This document shows positions 16,247 through 25,984 of a stretch of DNA of 64,000 nucleotides, one piece after another (positions within the stretch are counted from its first letter, which is position 1; every line of letters starts with the position of its first letter). The position numbers and the translations under genes are program-made. The DNA is from Candidatus Sumerlaeia bacterium. Its GTDB lineage: Bacteria; Sumerlaeota; Sumerlaeia; SLMS01; JANRJK01. Under the pieces are notes generated by a model. It was given only the letters and a program-made list of their open reading frames with translations. It was not told where the DNA came from and did no database searches. Where the stretch lies: the NCBI GenBank assembly GCA_033764015.1, contig JANRJK010000055.1, positions 1 to 64,000 of the forward strand, given 5' to 3'.

Positions 16247-17830
16247 ATGGAACAAACCCCGTTCTTCGAGCCGAACACCAGCCTCGACGAAGTCGACACC
16301 TCCGCCTTCCGCCTGCCGAAGCGCCACGACTTCGACCTCGTCGTGATCGGCTCCGGCCCGGCGGGCCAGAAGGCCGCCTTCACCGCGGCGGACAACGGCG
16401 CGCGCGTGGCCTTGATCGAACGCGACCCGCTCGCCGGCGGCGTCTGCCTCAACACCGGCACGATCCCCAGCAAGACGCTCCGCGAGGCGGTCCTCTACCT
16501 CACCGGCTACCGCCAGCGCGGCTATTACGGCGACGACTACCGCCTAAAGGAGAAGATCACCGCCAGCGACCTCCTCTCGCGCACCACCTACGTCATCGAA
16601 CTCGAGCGCGAGGTCATCAACGAGTCGCTCGCGCAGCGCGGCGTCACCCGCCTGGTCGGCACCGGCCGCATCGAGGGGCCCAACGCCGTCTCCGTCAACA
16701 TCGCCGGCACCCGCTGCCTCTACACCGCCGGCAAAATCATCGTCGCCGTCGGCACCCGCCCCCGGCGCCCCGCCGAAGTGCCCTTCGACAACGTCAACAT
16801 CTTCGACAGCGACGCCGTCTTCGGCACCGAGAACGACCTGCGGCCCCTCCCGGACAGCATCATCGTCATGGGCGCCGGCGTGATCGGCATCGAGTACGCC
16901 TGCATGTTCCAGGCGCTCGGCATCCCCACCACCCTCGTCGACCCGCGCGAGAACCCGCTCGCCTTCGTCGACGAGGACGTGTCCGAAATCCTCTACACGC
17001 ACCTGCGCAAGTCCGGCGCCGAGCTCATCTTCGGCGACACCCACGAAGGCATCCAGATCACCGGCGGCGAAACGCCCACCTGCCGCCGCCGCGTCCGCGC
17101 CGCGCTCAAGTCCGGACGCGTCCTCGAAGCCGACGCCATGCTCTTCGCCCTCGGACGCGTCCCCATGAGCGAGGACGTCGGCTCCATGCAGGCCGGCGTC
17201 AAGATCGACCGCCGCGGCAACATCGCCGTCGACGAGAACTACGTCACCTCGGTGCCCACGATCTACGCCGTCGGCGACGTGATCGGCTTCCCCGCGCTCG
17301 CCTCCACCTCCGCCGAGCAGGGCCGCTGCGCCGCCCTCCACGCGCTCGGCATCCCCGCGCAGCGCCACCCGGAATCGCTCCCCTTCGGCCTCTACACCAT
17401 CCCCGAGGCCAGCATGGCCGGACGCACCGAGCAGGAGCTCCGCGCCGCCGGAATCCCCTATGTCGCCGGCACCGCGATCTACCTCGAAACCGCCCGCGGC
17501 AAGATCCTCGGCGACCTCACCGGCGCGCTGAAGCTGCTCTTCCACCGCGACGACCGCCGCCTCCTCGGCGTCCACGTCGTCGGCGAAGGCGCCACCGAGC
17601 TCGTCCACATCGGCCAGGCGGTGATCCGCTTCGGCGGCGGCCTCGACTACTTCCTCGAAACCGTCTTCAACTACCCCACGCTCGCCGAGGCGTACAAGGT
17701 CGCCGCCCACAACGCGGCGGCGCGCTTCGCCGGCCACGTCGATTCCATGCCGCCGCTCCACGAGCGCGCCTTCCAGGCCGCCAACGCCGCCGAATGGGCC
17801 AAGTGGGCCCTCGGCGCCGCGCGGAAGTAG
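16247..17830 (+). CDS. sthA: Soluble pyridine nucleotide transhydrogenase
   Basis: [24 protein letters not shown] (single Cys, CxxxGT), [21 protein letters not shown] and [14 protein letters not shown] motifs. Confidence 0.92.
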   Translation: MEQTPFFEPNTSLDEVDTSAFRLPKRHDFDLVVIGSGPAGQKAAFTAADNGARVALIERDPLAGGVCLNTGTIPSKTLREAVLYLTGYRQRGYYGDDYRLKEKITASDLLSRTTYVIELEREVINESLAQRGVTRLVGTGRIEGPNAVSVNIAGTRCLYTAGKIIVAVGTRPRRPAEVPFDNVNIFDSDAVFGTENDLRPLPDSIIVMGAGVIGIEYACMFQALGIPTTLVDPRENPLAFVDEDVSEILYTHLRKSGAELIFGDTHEGIQITGGETPTCRRRVRAALKSGRVLEADAMLFALGRVPMSEDVGSMQAGVKIDRRGNIAVDENYVTSVPTIYAVGDVIGFPALASTSAEQGRCAALHALGIPAQRHPESLPFGLYTIPEASMAGRTEQELRAAGIPYVAGTAIYLETARGKILGDLTGALKLLFHRDDRRLLGVHVVGEGATELVHIGQAVIRFGGGLDYFLETVFNYPTLAEAYKVAAHNAAARFAGHVDSMPPLHERAFQAANAAEWAKWALGAARK

Positions 17831-17839
17831 GCGCGAGCC

Positions 17840-18190
17840 GTGTGGATCTCCGCCACGCGCCTCCGCGTGCGCTCGCTCCGCGGCCTGCTGCGCTTCCGTC
17901 GCCTCAACGCCGCCGCGCACCGCCAAGCCCGCACCGCGCCCGGCCTGCGCGAAGTGCGCTTCCGCTACCGCTGGCCGCTCACGTTCTGCACGCTTACCCT
18001 CTGGGACAGCGAAGCCGCCATGCACGACTACCGCAACAGCGCCGCGCACCTCGACGCCATGCGCCAAGTAAAGGAAGTCGGCGACGGCGACGTGGTGGGC
18101 TGGGAGGCGGAGGAACTACCGGGATGGGAGGAGGCGGAGGGGAGGTTGGGGGGGTGTCGCAATCAAACAGGGAGCAGCGAATGTGCTTGA
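17840..18190 (+). CDS. Small ABM/DUF3291-like (dimeric alpha-beta barrel) protein
   Basis: TRLRVRS...ARTAPG...FCTLTLWDSEAAMHDYRNSAAHLDAM pattern. Confidence 0.65.
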   Translation: MWISATRLRVRSLRGLLRFRRLNAAAHRQARTAPGLREVRFRYRWPLTFCTLTLWDSEAAMHDYRNSAAHLDAMRQVKEVGDGDVVGWEAEELPGWEEAEGRLGGCRNQTGSSECA

Positions 18191-18328
18191 ACCCGATACG
18201 CACCTTGGATAAGAGCTAACGCACCCTAGGCGTCAAAAGATAGCTGCCCCCACTTCAGCCCACGAGTCAGACGATGTTCAGATTCGATTCCCCCCCACCC
18301 CCTAAATGCAAGATAGAATGGTGTCCTC

Positions 18329-19012
18329 ATGGATAATCGATTGCCGCAGCTGGAGGCACTCTACCGTGAAGGGTCCAAGTGCCGAGCTTGCTTCGAGGCA
18401 GGACAGTTTGGCGTCGAGGTGCCGCTAACGGCGGACTACGCTCCATTCGACATCGCCCAGCCCAGATGGGTAGGGCCAAGGTACTGGGACGCACCCGTTA
18501 GGGTCCTATTTGTTATGTTGAACCCGGGCGAGGGGAAGAAGAGGCAACGGGATAATGCCTATCATCTTGATGTTCTTCGAGGTTTCCGCGATGGGGACTC
18601 AAGCTTGGACGACGTGTTTCGATTTCAGTTGGAAGACATGGAATGTTGGGGGCCGCGCGGAAGAAGTTTCTTTGACTTTTTCGAGCAAAGAACCGGAGGT
18701 GCATTTGAGGAAATTGCGCTCTTGAACATTGCGTGGTGTCCTACGAAAGGTGACTCCTATCCAGCGCGAATGTTGAGGCAGTGCTGGGCGCGCCACTCAG
18801 CTGGCGTAGTGAAGTTGCTAGAGCCACACGCAGCTATTCTATGCGGGCGAGACCTCGAAAAGTGGATGTCTGTTATCAAGAGTGCTGGGCCCAGCTGCGA
18901 CGTGCTCATGTCGCTCCATCCAGCGACAAGGAAAGGCCGAGCAGACAGAGCGCGAGACGCACAGTCGATCCAAAGTCGTATCACCCAACTTCGTTCCGAA
19001 CGCGTGCAGTAG
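18329..19012 (+). CDS. Uracil-DNA glycosylase superfamily protein, probably Fe-S binding
   Basis: CRAC, VLFVMLNPG, LLNIAWCP, QCW, LEPHAAILCG and LHPA motifs. Lies in a lower-GC islet. Confidence 0.75.
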   Translation: MDNRLPQLEALYREGSKCRACFEAGQFGVEVPLTADYAPFDIAQPRWVGPRYWDAPVRVLFVMLNPGEGKKRQRDNAYHLDVLRGFRDGDSSLDDVFRFQLEDMECWGPRGRSFFDFFEQRTGGAFEEIALLNIAWCPTKGDSYPARMLRQCWARHSAGVVKLLEPHAAILCGRDLEKWMSVIKSAGPSCDVLMSLHPATRKGRADRARDAQSIQSRITQLRSERVQ

Positions 19013-19214
19013 CCTCCTCTGTCTTGGTTGATTGAGAGCACAGGTCGCTTTTGCCTTCAGATTGTCAATTTCTATCGAGAGTTTGGTTTAATACGGAAAT
19101 GATTCTTGAGGACCATGTGAATCGGACGATGCGCTTACTATCGGTTGCGGTCTCACTCCATTCCCTGCCGAAACCCACCTTCCCCCAAGCCCGGCAAGTC
19201 CACGGGGCTTGCGC

Positions 19215-19691
19215 TCATCGCTGCCGCTTCCCGCCGTTGGGTCGTCGGAGAGTCGGGCCCTTCTTTGTGCTTCGCAGCTTGAGTGGGCGTTTCTGGCTGG
19301 GTAACTTGGATAGACACTCGATCTCCGCAATGGTGGCGTCTAGCTGGGCCTTCTCGGTCTCGATCGCACGAATTCGTTCTGCAACCCGATCCTGTTGCTG
19401 CTTCTGGCGTGTCTTGCTTAGGGCTTCTTGCTTGGCCGCCAGCTCTATCCTTGCGGTCGCAAGCCGGTGGATGCGTGCCCTGTACCATCCCGCTCTCTCC
19501 ACCAGGAGCAGGATCATCTTCTCCCACTCCGCATCGTCCTCCTTCTGGCCGACTCTCCAACCGTACGGCATTGCGAAGAGGGTCTTTCGGCAGAGGGGAC
19601 ACCTTGGACGCCGGCTCGACGGATCACCCCAGCCCGATGGGGACTGCCGTACGTACCGACATTCCGGACAAACGTAGGATCGGTTGCTCAC
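19215..19691 (-). CDS. Hypothetical Zn-ribbon plus coiled-coil protein
   Basis: CPEC...CPLC followed by a heptad-rich helical segment; lower GC. Confidence 0.55.
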   Translation of the reverse strand: MSNRSYVCPECRYVRQSPSGWGDPSSRRPRCPLCRKTLFAMPYGWRVGQKEDDAEWEKMILLLVERAGWYRARIHRLATARIELAAKQEALSKTRQKQQQDRVAERIRAIETEKAQLDATIAEIECLSKLPSQKRPLKLRSTKKGPTLRRPNGGKRQR

Positions 19692-19704
19692 CCGCCCCCG
19701 CCCC

Positions 19705-20133
19705 TCACTCCCCGCGGCCGCGTCCGCGCGATGGTTCCGCGCGCCAGCGGCCCGGCGGGTGGATGGTGGCGAAGACCAGCAGCGCCAGCAGCAGCGGCGC
19801 GTAGGTCGCCCCCAGCACCATCGCGAGGTAGTAGCCCACGCCGAGCCCCGGCGGGTCGCCGCGCAGGCCCATCCCGACCGCCACGAACGCCGGCGCGTTG
19901 AGCAGCAGCAGCGCCCCCCCGGGCCCGGCGACCGCCTGGTTCAGCCGCTCCGATTCGCCCGGCGCGAGCGCGCCCCCCGAGCGCCACGCGCGCTCCGTCT
20001 CGCGGAACAGCTCGTAGCTGAGGTATTCGGAAGCGCCCACGTTGATGAAGAAGAAGACCGAGAAGAGCCCGAGGAAGACGCGGAGGCGGCGGAGGAACGG
20101 ATCGTCGGGAAGCGCCCCGGCGGGCCCGTTCAC
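19705..20133 (-). CDS. Small membrane protein (about 3 transmembrane helices)
   Basis: Hydrophobic segments. The GTG start overlaps the stop of the TPR gene. Confidence 0.6.
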   Translation of the reverse strand: MNGPAGALPDDPFLRRLRVFLGLFSVFFFINVGASEYLSYELFRETERAWRSGGALAPGESERLNQAVAGPGGALLLLNAPAFVAVGMGLRGDPPGLGVGYYLAMVLGATYAPLLLALLVFATIHPPGRWRAEPSRGRGRGE

Positions 20134-20882
20134 GCGACGCCGAGCTTGCGCGCGAGCTGCTCCGCGCGCCGCACCCACGGGGCTTCCCCCCCGCCGACCG
20201 GGATCAGCGAGCCCGCCAGCCGCTCGCGCAGGTCCTCGACCACCGCGCGCGCGTCGGCCTCGCGGCCCTGGAAGACGAGCAGTTCCGCCAGCAGCACCGC
20301 CGCGTCCACTCGCCGGTGGCGCTCGAACGCGCGGCGCAGCGGCTCCTCCGCGCGCGCGTGGTGCCCGGCGGCGCCGAGCGCTTCGCCGAGCAGCACCAGC
20401 GCCGAGCCCCCCTGGAACGACTCGTTCTCCTCGACGAGGTACTCAAGGTGGGGGAGCGCCGCCTGGGGTTTCCCGAGCCGGACCAGGCAGAGCGCGGCCA
20501 AGTGGTGCGCCTTCTGGTTCTCGCCGTCCTGGTCGAGCAGGCGCTTCAGCGCCTCCAGCGCGGCGGTCCACTCCTGCTCGTCCGCGAGGTGCTGCGCGAG
20601 CGCCTCGAGGTCGGCGGGGAGGCCGCGCTCCGCGGCGCGGGCCGCGAGCTCCCCGCGGCGCTTCGCCCCCGCCAGCGCGTCGTCCACGGGGCGGCGCCCC
20701 GCGAGCGGCAGCAGAACGAAGTTCGCGATGTACGCCAGCGCCGGCAGATAGAGCAGCAGCGGCGCCAGCGCCGTCGCCGCCAGCCACGCGTAGGACCGCT
20801 GCCGCCGCGCGCAGTCCAGCGCGGCGAAGATCCACGCCGCGATCAGCAGCGCGTTCAGCAGGAGCAGTGCGGCAAGGATCAC
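20130..20882 (-). CDS. Membrane-anchored tetratricopeptide repeat protein
   Basis: Two N-terminal hydrophobic helices, then TPR-like helices (AHHLAALCLVRLGKPQAALPHLEYLV). GTG overlaps the hflX stop. Confidence 0.75.
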   Translation of the reverse strand: MILAALLLLNALLIAAWIFAALDCARRQRSYAWLAATALAPLLLYLPALAYIANFVLLPLAGRRPVDDALAGAKRRGELAARAAERGLPADLEALAQHLADEQEWTAALEALKRLLDQDGENQKAHHLAALCLVRLGKPQAALPHLEYLVEENESFQGGSALVLLGEALGAAGHHARAEEPLRRAFERHRRVDAAVLLAELLVFQGREADARAVVEDLRERLAGSLIPVGGGEAPWVRRAEQLARKLGVA

Positions 20883-22186
20883 GCGGTGCCCGAGACCGCC
20901 TCCGGGGCGGCCCACTGCGCCGCGCGCTCCGCCAGCGCCCGAGGCAGCATCACATCCAGCAGCGCGTCGCCGCCGTCGTACTCCGTGCGCAGCACCTGCC
21001 CTTCGCGGTGCAGCCACGACAGCACGTCGCCGCGTCCCGCGGGCACGCGCAGCGAGAGCCGCTGCCGCAGTTGCGGAAGCATCTTGTGCAGCATCCTCTG
21101 CAGGTCCTCGATGCCCTCGCCGGTCACCGCGCTCGTGAAGACGCACGCCTCGTGCTTCTCGCGGAAGCGCGCGAACGTCGAGCGGTCCTGCAGCAGGTCC
21201 GCCTTGTTCAGCGCGAAGACCGTCGGCTTGTCGAGCGCCTCCAGCTCCTCCAGCACCGCGTCCGCCGCCTCCAGGTGCTCGTGCCATTGCGGGTGCGAGG
21301 AGTCGATCACATGCACCAGGAGGTCCGCGAGCTGCGCCTCCTCCAGCGTCGCCTTGAACGCCTCGACGAGGCCGTGCGGCAGCTTGCGAATGAACCCCAC
21401 CGTGTCGGTGAGGAGCACCTCGCGCCCCGCGTCCAGGTGGATCCGGCGCGTCGTCGGGTCCAGCGTGGCGAACAGCTTGTCCTCGACGAGCACGTCGGCG
21501 CCCGTGAGGCAGCGCATCAGCGACGACTTGCCGGCGTTGGTGTAGCCGACCAGCGAGACCGTCGGCACCTCGTGGTACTCGCGCGACTTGCGCTGCGTGG
21601 CGCGCACCTGGCGGACGTGCTCCAGGTCGCGGCGGAGCTGCGTGATGCGGTTGCGCACCAGTCGGCGGTCCGTTTCGAGCTGCGCCTCGCCGGAGCCGCC
21701 CTTGAAGCCGCGTCCGCCGCGCTGGCGCTCGAGGTGGGTCCAGGCGCGCTGCAGTCGCGGGAGCGAGTAGCGCGCCCGCGCCAGCTCCACCTGGAGCTGC
21801 GCCTCCTTCGTCCGCGCGCGGTCCGCGAAAATCCCTAGGATCACCTCCTGGCGGTCGATCACCGCCAGCTTCGTCACCCGCTCCCAGTTGCGCTGCTGCA
21901 GCGGAGTCAGGTCGTCGTCCACGACGATCACCTCGCACTCCATCGCCTCCGCGCGCTCGCGCACCTCCTCCACCTTCCCGCTGCCGACCAGGAAGGCGGC
22001 CGTGGTCTTCTCCGCGTTCGCGATGATCTTCTCCGCGGTGGGCACGCCGTAGGTGGAGAGCAGCTCCTCCAGCTCGGCGAGGTGCTCCTCCGCGTTCGCG
22101 CGCGTCTCCCCCCTGCGGATCACGCCGACGGCGCAGGCGCGGAGGTACTTGTCGGTGACGAGGTTCTTGTCGTGTAGGAAATCCAT
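20879..22186 (-). CDS. hflX: Ribosome-splitting GTPase HflX
   Basis: GYTNAGKS, LFATLDPTTR, DTVGFI, AFKATLEE and NKAD motifs. Confidence 0.96.
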   Translation of the reverse strand: MDFLHDKNLVTDKYLRACAVGVIRRGETRANAEEHLAELEELLSTYGVPTAEKIIANAEKTTAAFLVGSGKVEEVRERAEAMECEVIVVDDDLTPLQQRNWERVTKLAVIDRQEVILGIFADRARTKEAQLQVELARARYSLPRLQRAWTHLERQRGGRGFKGGSGEAQLETDRRLVRNRITQLRRDLEHVRQVRATQRKSREYHEVPTVSLVGYTNAGKSSLMRCLTGADVLVEDKLFATLDPTTRRIHLDAGREVLLTDTVGFIRKLPHGLVEAFKATLEEAQLADLLVHVIDSSHPQWHEHLEAADAVLEELEALDKPTVFALNKADLLQDRSTFARFREKHEACVFTSAVTGEGIEDLQRMLHKMLPQLRQRLSLRVPAGRGDVLSWLHREGQVLRTEYDGGDALLDVMLPRALAERAAQWAAPEAVSGTA

Positions 22187-22306
22187 AGGCCGCCTAGGTT
22201 GGCGCGGCGTCGCCGCACCCGTTCAGGCTCCGCCCCGAGCCGGCGAAACGCAAGCGGAGGCGGCGCCGTCCGGGGAACGCGAGGCGCCCGCGCTTCTTTG
22301 CTTTTC

Positions 22307-22470
22307 TTCGCGTGCTCGCGCCTTCGCGTGAGACCCTCTCCGCGGCATCCGCTGTCCCAAAGATTTTCCCGCGCGACGCCGCGAAGGACGCGAAGCGGCC
22401 GTCCTGCGAGCGGGGAGCCGCAGTGCGAACAGTGCATCCTTTCGCGCCTTCGCGCCCTCGCGTGAGACCC
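22307..22470. repeat. REP-like intergenic repeat with 8-nt internal periodicity
   Basis: 30-nt direct repeats at 22307-22336 and 22441-22470 (26/30 identical, consensus TTCGCGnnnTCGCGCCyTCGCGTGAGACCC), with a degenerate inverted copy at ~22367-22395. Confidence 0.7.
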
Positions 22471-22524
22471 CTCCCCGGGCCACTTCACCGACGAAGCGGA
22501 CGCCTCTTCCGCAGGGCCGCGCCG

Positions 22525-23124
22525 TCACCCCCCGCCAACCCGGAACCGCCGTGGCCAGTCCGCCGCCTTCGTGATGCCGATGCGCGGGCCGGCCAGCACC
22601 ACTTCGCCCGGTGCCAGGCCTCCCGGCAGCAGGCGCAGCGCGGCGCTGTCCTCCAGCAGCTGCGCGCCGTCGAACGAGCGGTCCACCGCGAGCGCCTGCG
22701 CCAGCCGCCCCGGGCCCGTCGCGATCAGCTTCGCGGGCGCGTCCGCCGCGAGGCCGCGCAGGAGCCGCATCCGTCCGTCGCCCTCGAGCGGTTCCGCCGC
22801 GCGCAGCAGCACCGCCGCTCCGTAGCCCGGTGGACCCGTCACCACGTTGAGGCACCAGTGGACGCCGTAGCTGCGGTACACGTAGGCGGTGGCGGAGGGG
22901 CCGAACATCGCGGCGTTGCGCGGGCGCGCGCCGGTGAAGCTGTGCGAGGCGGGATCGTCCGGCGTGTAGGCCTCCGTCTCGGTGATCCGGGCGCGCAGGA
23001 GCGCGCCGTCCGGCAGGCGGCGTTCCAGCACGCACTCCAGCAATCCGCGCGCGGCGGCGCAGGTGTCGCCTTCCAGCAGTCGCCGGAGCGCCTCGGCGCC
23101 GCTTGCGGGTTGCTCCGCGTCCAT
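22525..23124 (-). CDS. mpg: DNA-3-methyladenine glycosylase (AAG/MPG family)
   Basis: RITETEAY, DPASH, YVYRSYGVHWCLNVV, AVLLRA, GPGRL and PRIGI motifs. Confidence 0.93.
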   Translation of the reverse strand: MDAEQPASGAEALRRLLEGDTCAAARGLLECVLERRLPDGALLRARITETEAYTPDDPASHSFTGARPRNAAMFGPSATAYVYRSYGVHWCLNVVTGPPGYGAAVLLRAAEPLEGDGRMRLLRGLAADAPAKLIATGPGRLAQALAVDRSFDGAQLLEDSAALRLLPGGLAPGEVVLAGPRIGITKAADWPRRFRVGGG

Positions 23125-23173
23125 TCTCCGTCCGTCCTAGTCCCCGGGGCGCGCACGGCCCCCCGGAGCCCCG

Positions 23174-23809
23174 ATGTCGCAGCAGTCATTCAACGGACGC
23201 AAGGTGGTGCTGGTTTCCGCGGCCGTCACCGCGGTCCTCGCGGTCGTCACCTACATGATCCCGTACTATGTCGTGGTGGGCGCCCATGGGAAACGCCCGG
23301 CGATGCTCGAGGCGCACCTCGCCGCGGCCGAGGCGGCGCTGCTCGCCTACCATGCGGACCACGGCGCCTTTCCCCCGCAGGAGGCGCTCTGGCACCACTG
23401 GCGCAGCCGCGCCAACGCCAAGAAGTCCAACCTCTACTGGCCCGACCCGGAGGGCGAGGCGGAGGTGCTCGACCCGCGCGAGGGGGAACCCTTCCGCGCC
23501 GTGCCCATGCCGACGTACCGCCTGGCGTCGCTCACGACGCCCGTGGCCTACCTCGCTTGGCCGAATCCGGGCGACCCCTACGCGATGCCGGAGCAATTCT
23601 CTCCAACCGCATACCTTGTTCTCGACACTATAACCGCGGTGCTGTGGTCTCCGGGGCCCGACACCAAGTTCGGCCTCCCGCCGCAGGCCGCCCGGGAACT
23701 GATCGATTCGCAAGGAGCCGCCGCCGCCCTGGCCGCCATGAGCTACGATCCCACCAACGGCGCGAAGTCCGCCGGCGACCTCTTCCGCCTGCTCGAGGCC
23801 AACCCTTGA
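23174..23809 (+). CDS. Pseudopilin-like (GspG-like) hypothetical protein without a prepilin cleavage motif
   Basis: N-terminal TM helix, ALLAYHADHGAFP, LTTPVAYL, WSPGPD and YDPTNGAKSAGDL motifs. Confidence 0.65.
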   Translation: MSQQSFNGRKVVLVSAAVTAVLAVVTYMIPYYVVVGAHGKRPAMLEAHLAAAEAALLAYHADHGAFPPQEALWHHWRSRANAKKSNLYWPDPEGEAEVLDPREGEPFRAVPMPTYRLASLTTPVAYLAWPNPGDPYAMPEQFSPTAYLVLDTITAVLWSPGPDTKFGLPPQAARELIDSQGAAAALAAMSYDPTNGAKSAGDLFRLLEANP

Positions 23810-24843
23810 GCGACACGCCGCGCACCGCATTCCCGCGCTGGCTGCACGCGGTCGACCCCTCGTGCGCGGAGGCCGACGCCAACGGCCTCTACACCGCCTT
23901 CCGCGCGCGCGGCGCGCAGCGCTCCGCCACGCTCGCCAGCCTGCGCTACGACCCGCTCGGCTGGCTGGTGGGCGCCCTTCCCTACATCGCCTTCGTGCTC
24001 TTCATCGTGCTGATGGCGCTGCTGCCTCCGCTCTGCTGCCTGTGGATTCCGCTGCTGCTGTTCTCCTTCGTGCTCAGCAACGCGCTCCGCGGACGCGTCG
24101 TCTCCGGCTACTGGCTCCCCGGCAGCGTGACCGAGCTCTTCGGCGCCAGCGTCTCGCGCGAGGTCCTTTGCGAGCTGCGCCTGACGCCGAACAGCCCGCG
24201 GGACTTCGCCCGCGCGATGCTCTACGAAGCCCGCGCCGGCTCCCATTGGTTCGCCATCGGAGTCGGAGGCGTCACCTGCGCCGTGCTCCTCGTCATCTAC
24301 CTGGTCCTGGTCATCGCGAACCGGGGCGCGCTCCTGCCCGGCGACTACGTCCTGGTGGCCGGGTTCCTCGCATTCATGGTCAACGTGGCGGCGGCGCTCT
24401 TCTGGTACCTCAACATCAGCGCGGTGGGCGACGTCCAGCAGACGCTCGAGCTGGCCGCCGCGCGCAACCGCGTGGCCCACGCCAGCCAGCGCTTCGCCAT
24501 CGGCGCGATCCAGCTCGTCGCCGTCGCCGGCATCGGCCTGCTGGGCCTCGCCGCCTTCTTCGCCATCGTCTTCGGCTTCTACATGGGCCTCGTGAGGCCG
24601 CTACTCGAGCTGTCGCAGAACTGGGCCAAGTTCGGCAACCTCGGCCGCTGGGTGGGCGACATCGCCGGCGCGAACGGCCCCCAAGTGGTCGGCGCCCTCT
24701 TCTTCCTTCTGTTCGCCCTCCTCGGCTGGGGCGTCTCGCGATTGCTCCGCAGCCACTACCGCACGCGTCTCACGTGGCTAGACCAGCGCGCGGACGCGCT
24801 GGTCCCCGCCATCTTCGACAATGTGCTCGAAGGGGGCGAATAG
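23806..24843 (+). CDS. Multi-pass membrane hypothetical protein
   Basis: About 6 hydrophobic helices. TTGA overlap with the previous stop; 3' part of track ORF 22312..24843. Confidence 0.65.
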   Translation: MSDTPRTAFPRWLHAVDPSCAEADANGLYTAFRARGAQRSATLASLRYDPLGWLVGALPYIAFVLFIVLMALLPPLCCLWIPLLLFSFVLSNALRGRVVSGYWLPGSVTELFGASVSREVLCELRLTPNSPRDFARAMLYEARAGSHWFAIGVGGVTCAVLLVIYLVLVIANRGALLPGDYVLVAGFLAFMVNVAAALFWYLNISAVGDVQQTLELAAARNRVAHASQRFAIGAIQLVAVAGIGLLGLAAFFAIVFGFYMGLVRPLLELSQNWAKFGNLGRWVGDIAGANGPQVVGALFFLLFALLGWGVSRLLRSHYRTRLTWLDQRADALVPAIFDNVLEGGE

Positions 24844-24867
24844 CCCCCCCGCCTTCCGCGCCCCCCG

Positions 24868-25770
24868 TTAGGAGGCGCCTTTCGACGCAAGCTCGAACGG
24901 CTTGCTCGCCTCGCCGAAGTAGAGCGACAGGTGCGGGAAGGGAATCTCCATTCCGGCCTTGTCCAGCGCGTACTTGAGCCGCCGCCGGTACTCGCGCCCC
25001 ACCGCCCACTGCTGCCCCGGCGTCGTCTTGATGCGCGCCTTGAACACCAGCGCCGAGTCGCCGAAGTTGTCCAAGCCGAACACCTCGATGTCGTTGATGA
25101 TCTGCGGCCCGAACTTCTCGTCGCCGCGCATCTCGTCGCAGACCCCCTTCATGACCGACAACACACGGTCCGGGTCCTCCTTGTAGGCGACTCCCATGTC
25201 GATCACGAAGGCGCTCCAGTCCTTTGTGCGGTTCGCGATCGTCGTGATCGTCCCGTTCGGGAAGATATGCACGGTCCCTTCGATATCCCGCAGGATCGTT
25301 GTCCGCAGGTTGATGTCCTCGACGAGCCCCCCCGTGCCGTTCACCACCGCCACGTCGCCGACCCGGATCTGGTTCTCGATCAGGATGAAGACGCCGCTGA
25401 TGAAGTCGCGCGCCAGGTTCTGCGCGCCGAACCCCACCGCGAGCCCCACGATCGAGGCGCTCGCCAGCAGCGGCGCGATCGACACGCCGAACTGGTCCAG
25501 CAGCGTCAGGATCGCCACGACGTAAAGCACCATCACCACGACCTTGCGCAGCACCTTCGTCAGCGTCTCCGCCCGCTTCTTCATCTCCGCGGTCTTGTCG
25601 CCGTTGCGCTCGAAATGCGTCACAAGGAGCGCCTCGACCTTGCGCATCAGCGTATTGAGCGCGAGGTACGCGACCACGAAGACGAATAGGGTCGCCAAAA
25701 CCGTCGGCGCGGTGAGCAGCACGCGGTCGACCCACTGCTGCGCGGTTTGTCCGAAATCCAGACTGTCCAT
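24868..25770 (-). CDS. mscS: Small-conductance mechanosensitive channel (MscS/YbiO-like)
   Basis: GLAVGFGAQNLARDFISGVFILIENQIRVGD, GLVEDINLRTT and GMEIPFP motifs. Confidence 0.93.
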   Translation of the reverse strand: MDSLDFGQTAQQWVDRVLLTAPTVLATLFVFVVAYLALNTLMRKVEALLVTHFERNGDKTAEMKKRAETLTKVLRKVVVMVLYVVAILTLLDQFGVSIAPLLASASIVGLAVGFGAQNLARDFISGVFILIENQIRVGDVAVVNGTGGLVEDINLRTTILRDIEGTVHIFPNGTITTIANRTKDWSAFVIDMGVAYKEDPDRVLSVMKGVCDEMRGDEKFGPQIINDIEVFGLDNFGDSALVFKARIKTTPGQQWAVGREYRRRLKYALDKAGMEIPFPHLSLYFGEASKPFELASKGAS

Positions 25771-25984
25771 ACTGCCACGTCATCCTTCACTGGGATTGTT
25801 CAGCATCCTATACGCGCACCGGCCGATCCTCCAAGCGCGAATCCGTCCCGCACCCGGGGAAAACGCTTTCCGCCCACAATAAGTTATAGTCCGCCATGGG
25901 ACCTCCGATTTCGGGTTGCATCAGGGACAAACCACTAGTCCGGTGAAGCCGCCTAACCACTTGGATGTCCGGAGAATCCCTCCG

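Noticed and set aside
14611..18219. 1202-aa plus-strand ORF
   Set aside because: Runs antisense to dxr/ndk and out of frame with sthA; low-complexity Arg/Pro-rich artefact of high GC.
22307..22470. Possible mini CRISPR array
   Set aside because: Only two imperfect direct copies 104 nt apart, with internal octamer periodicity and no cas genes.
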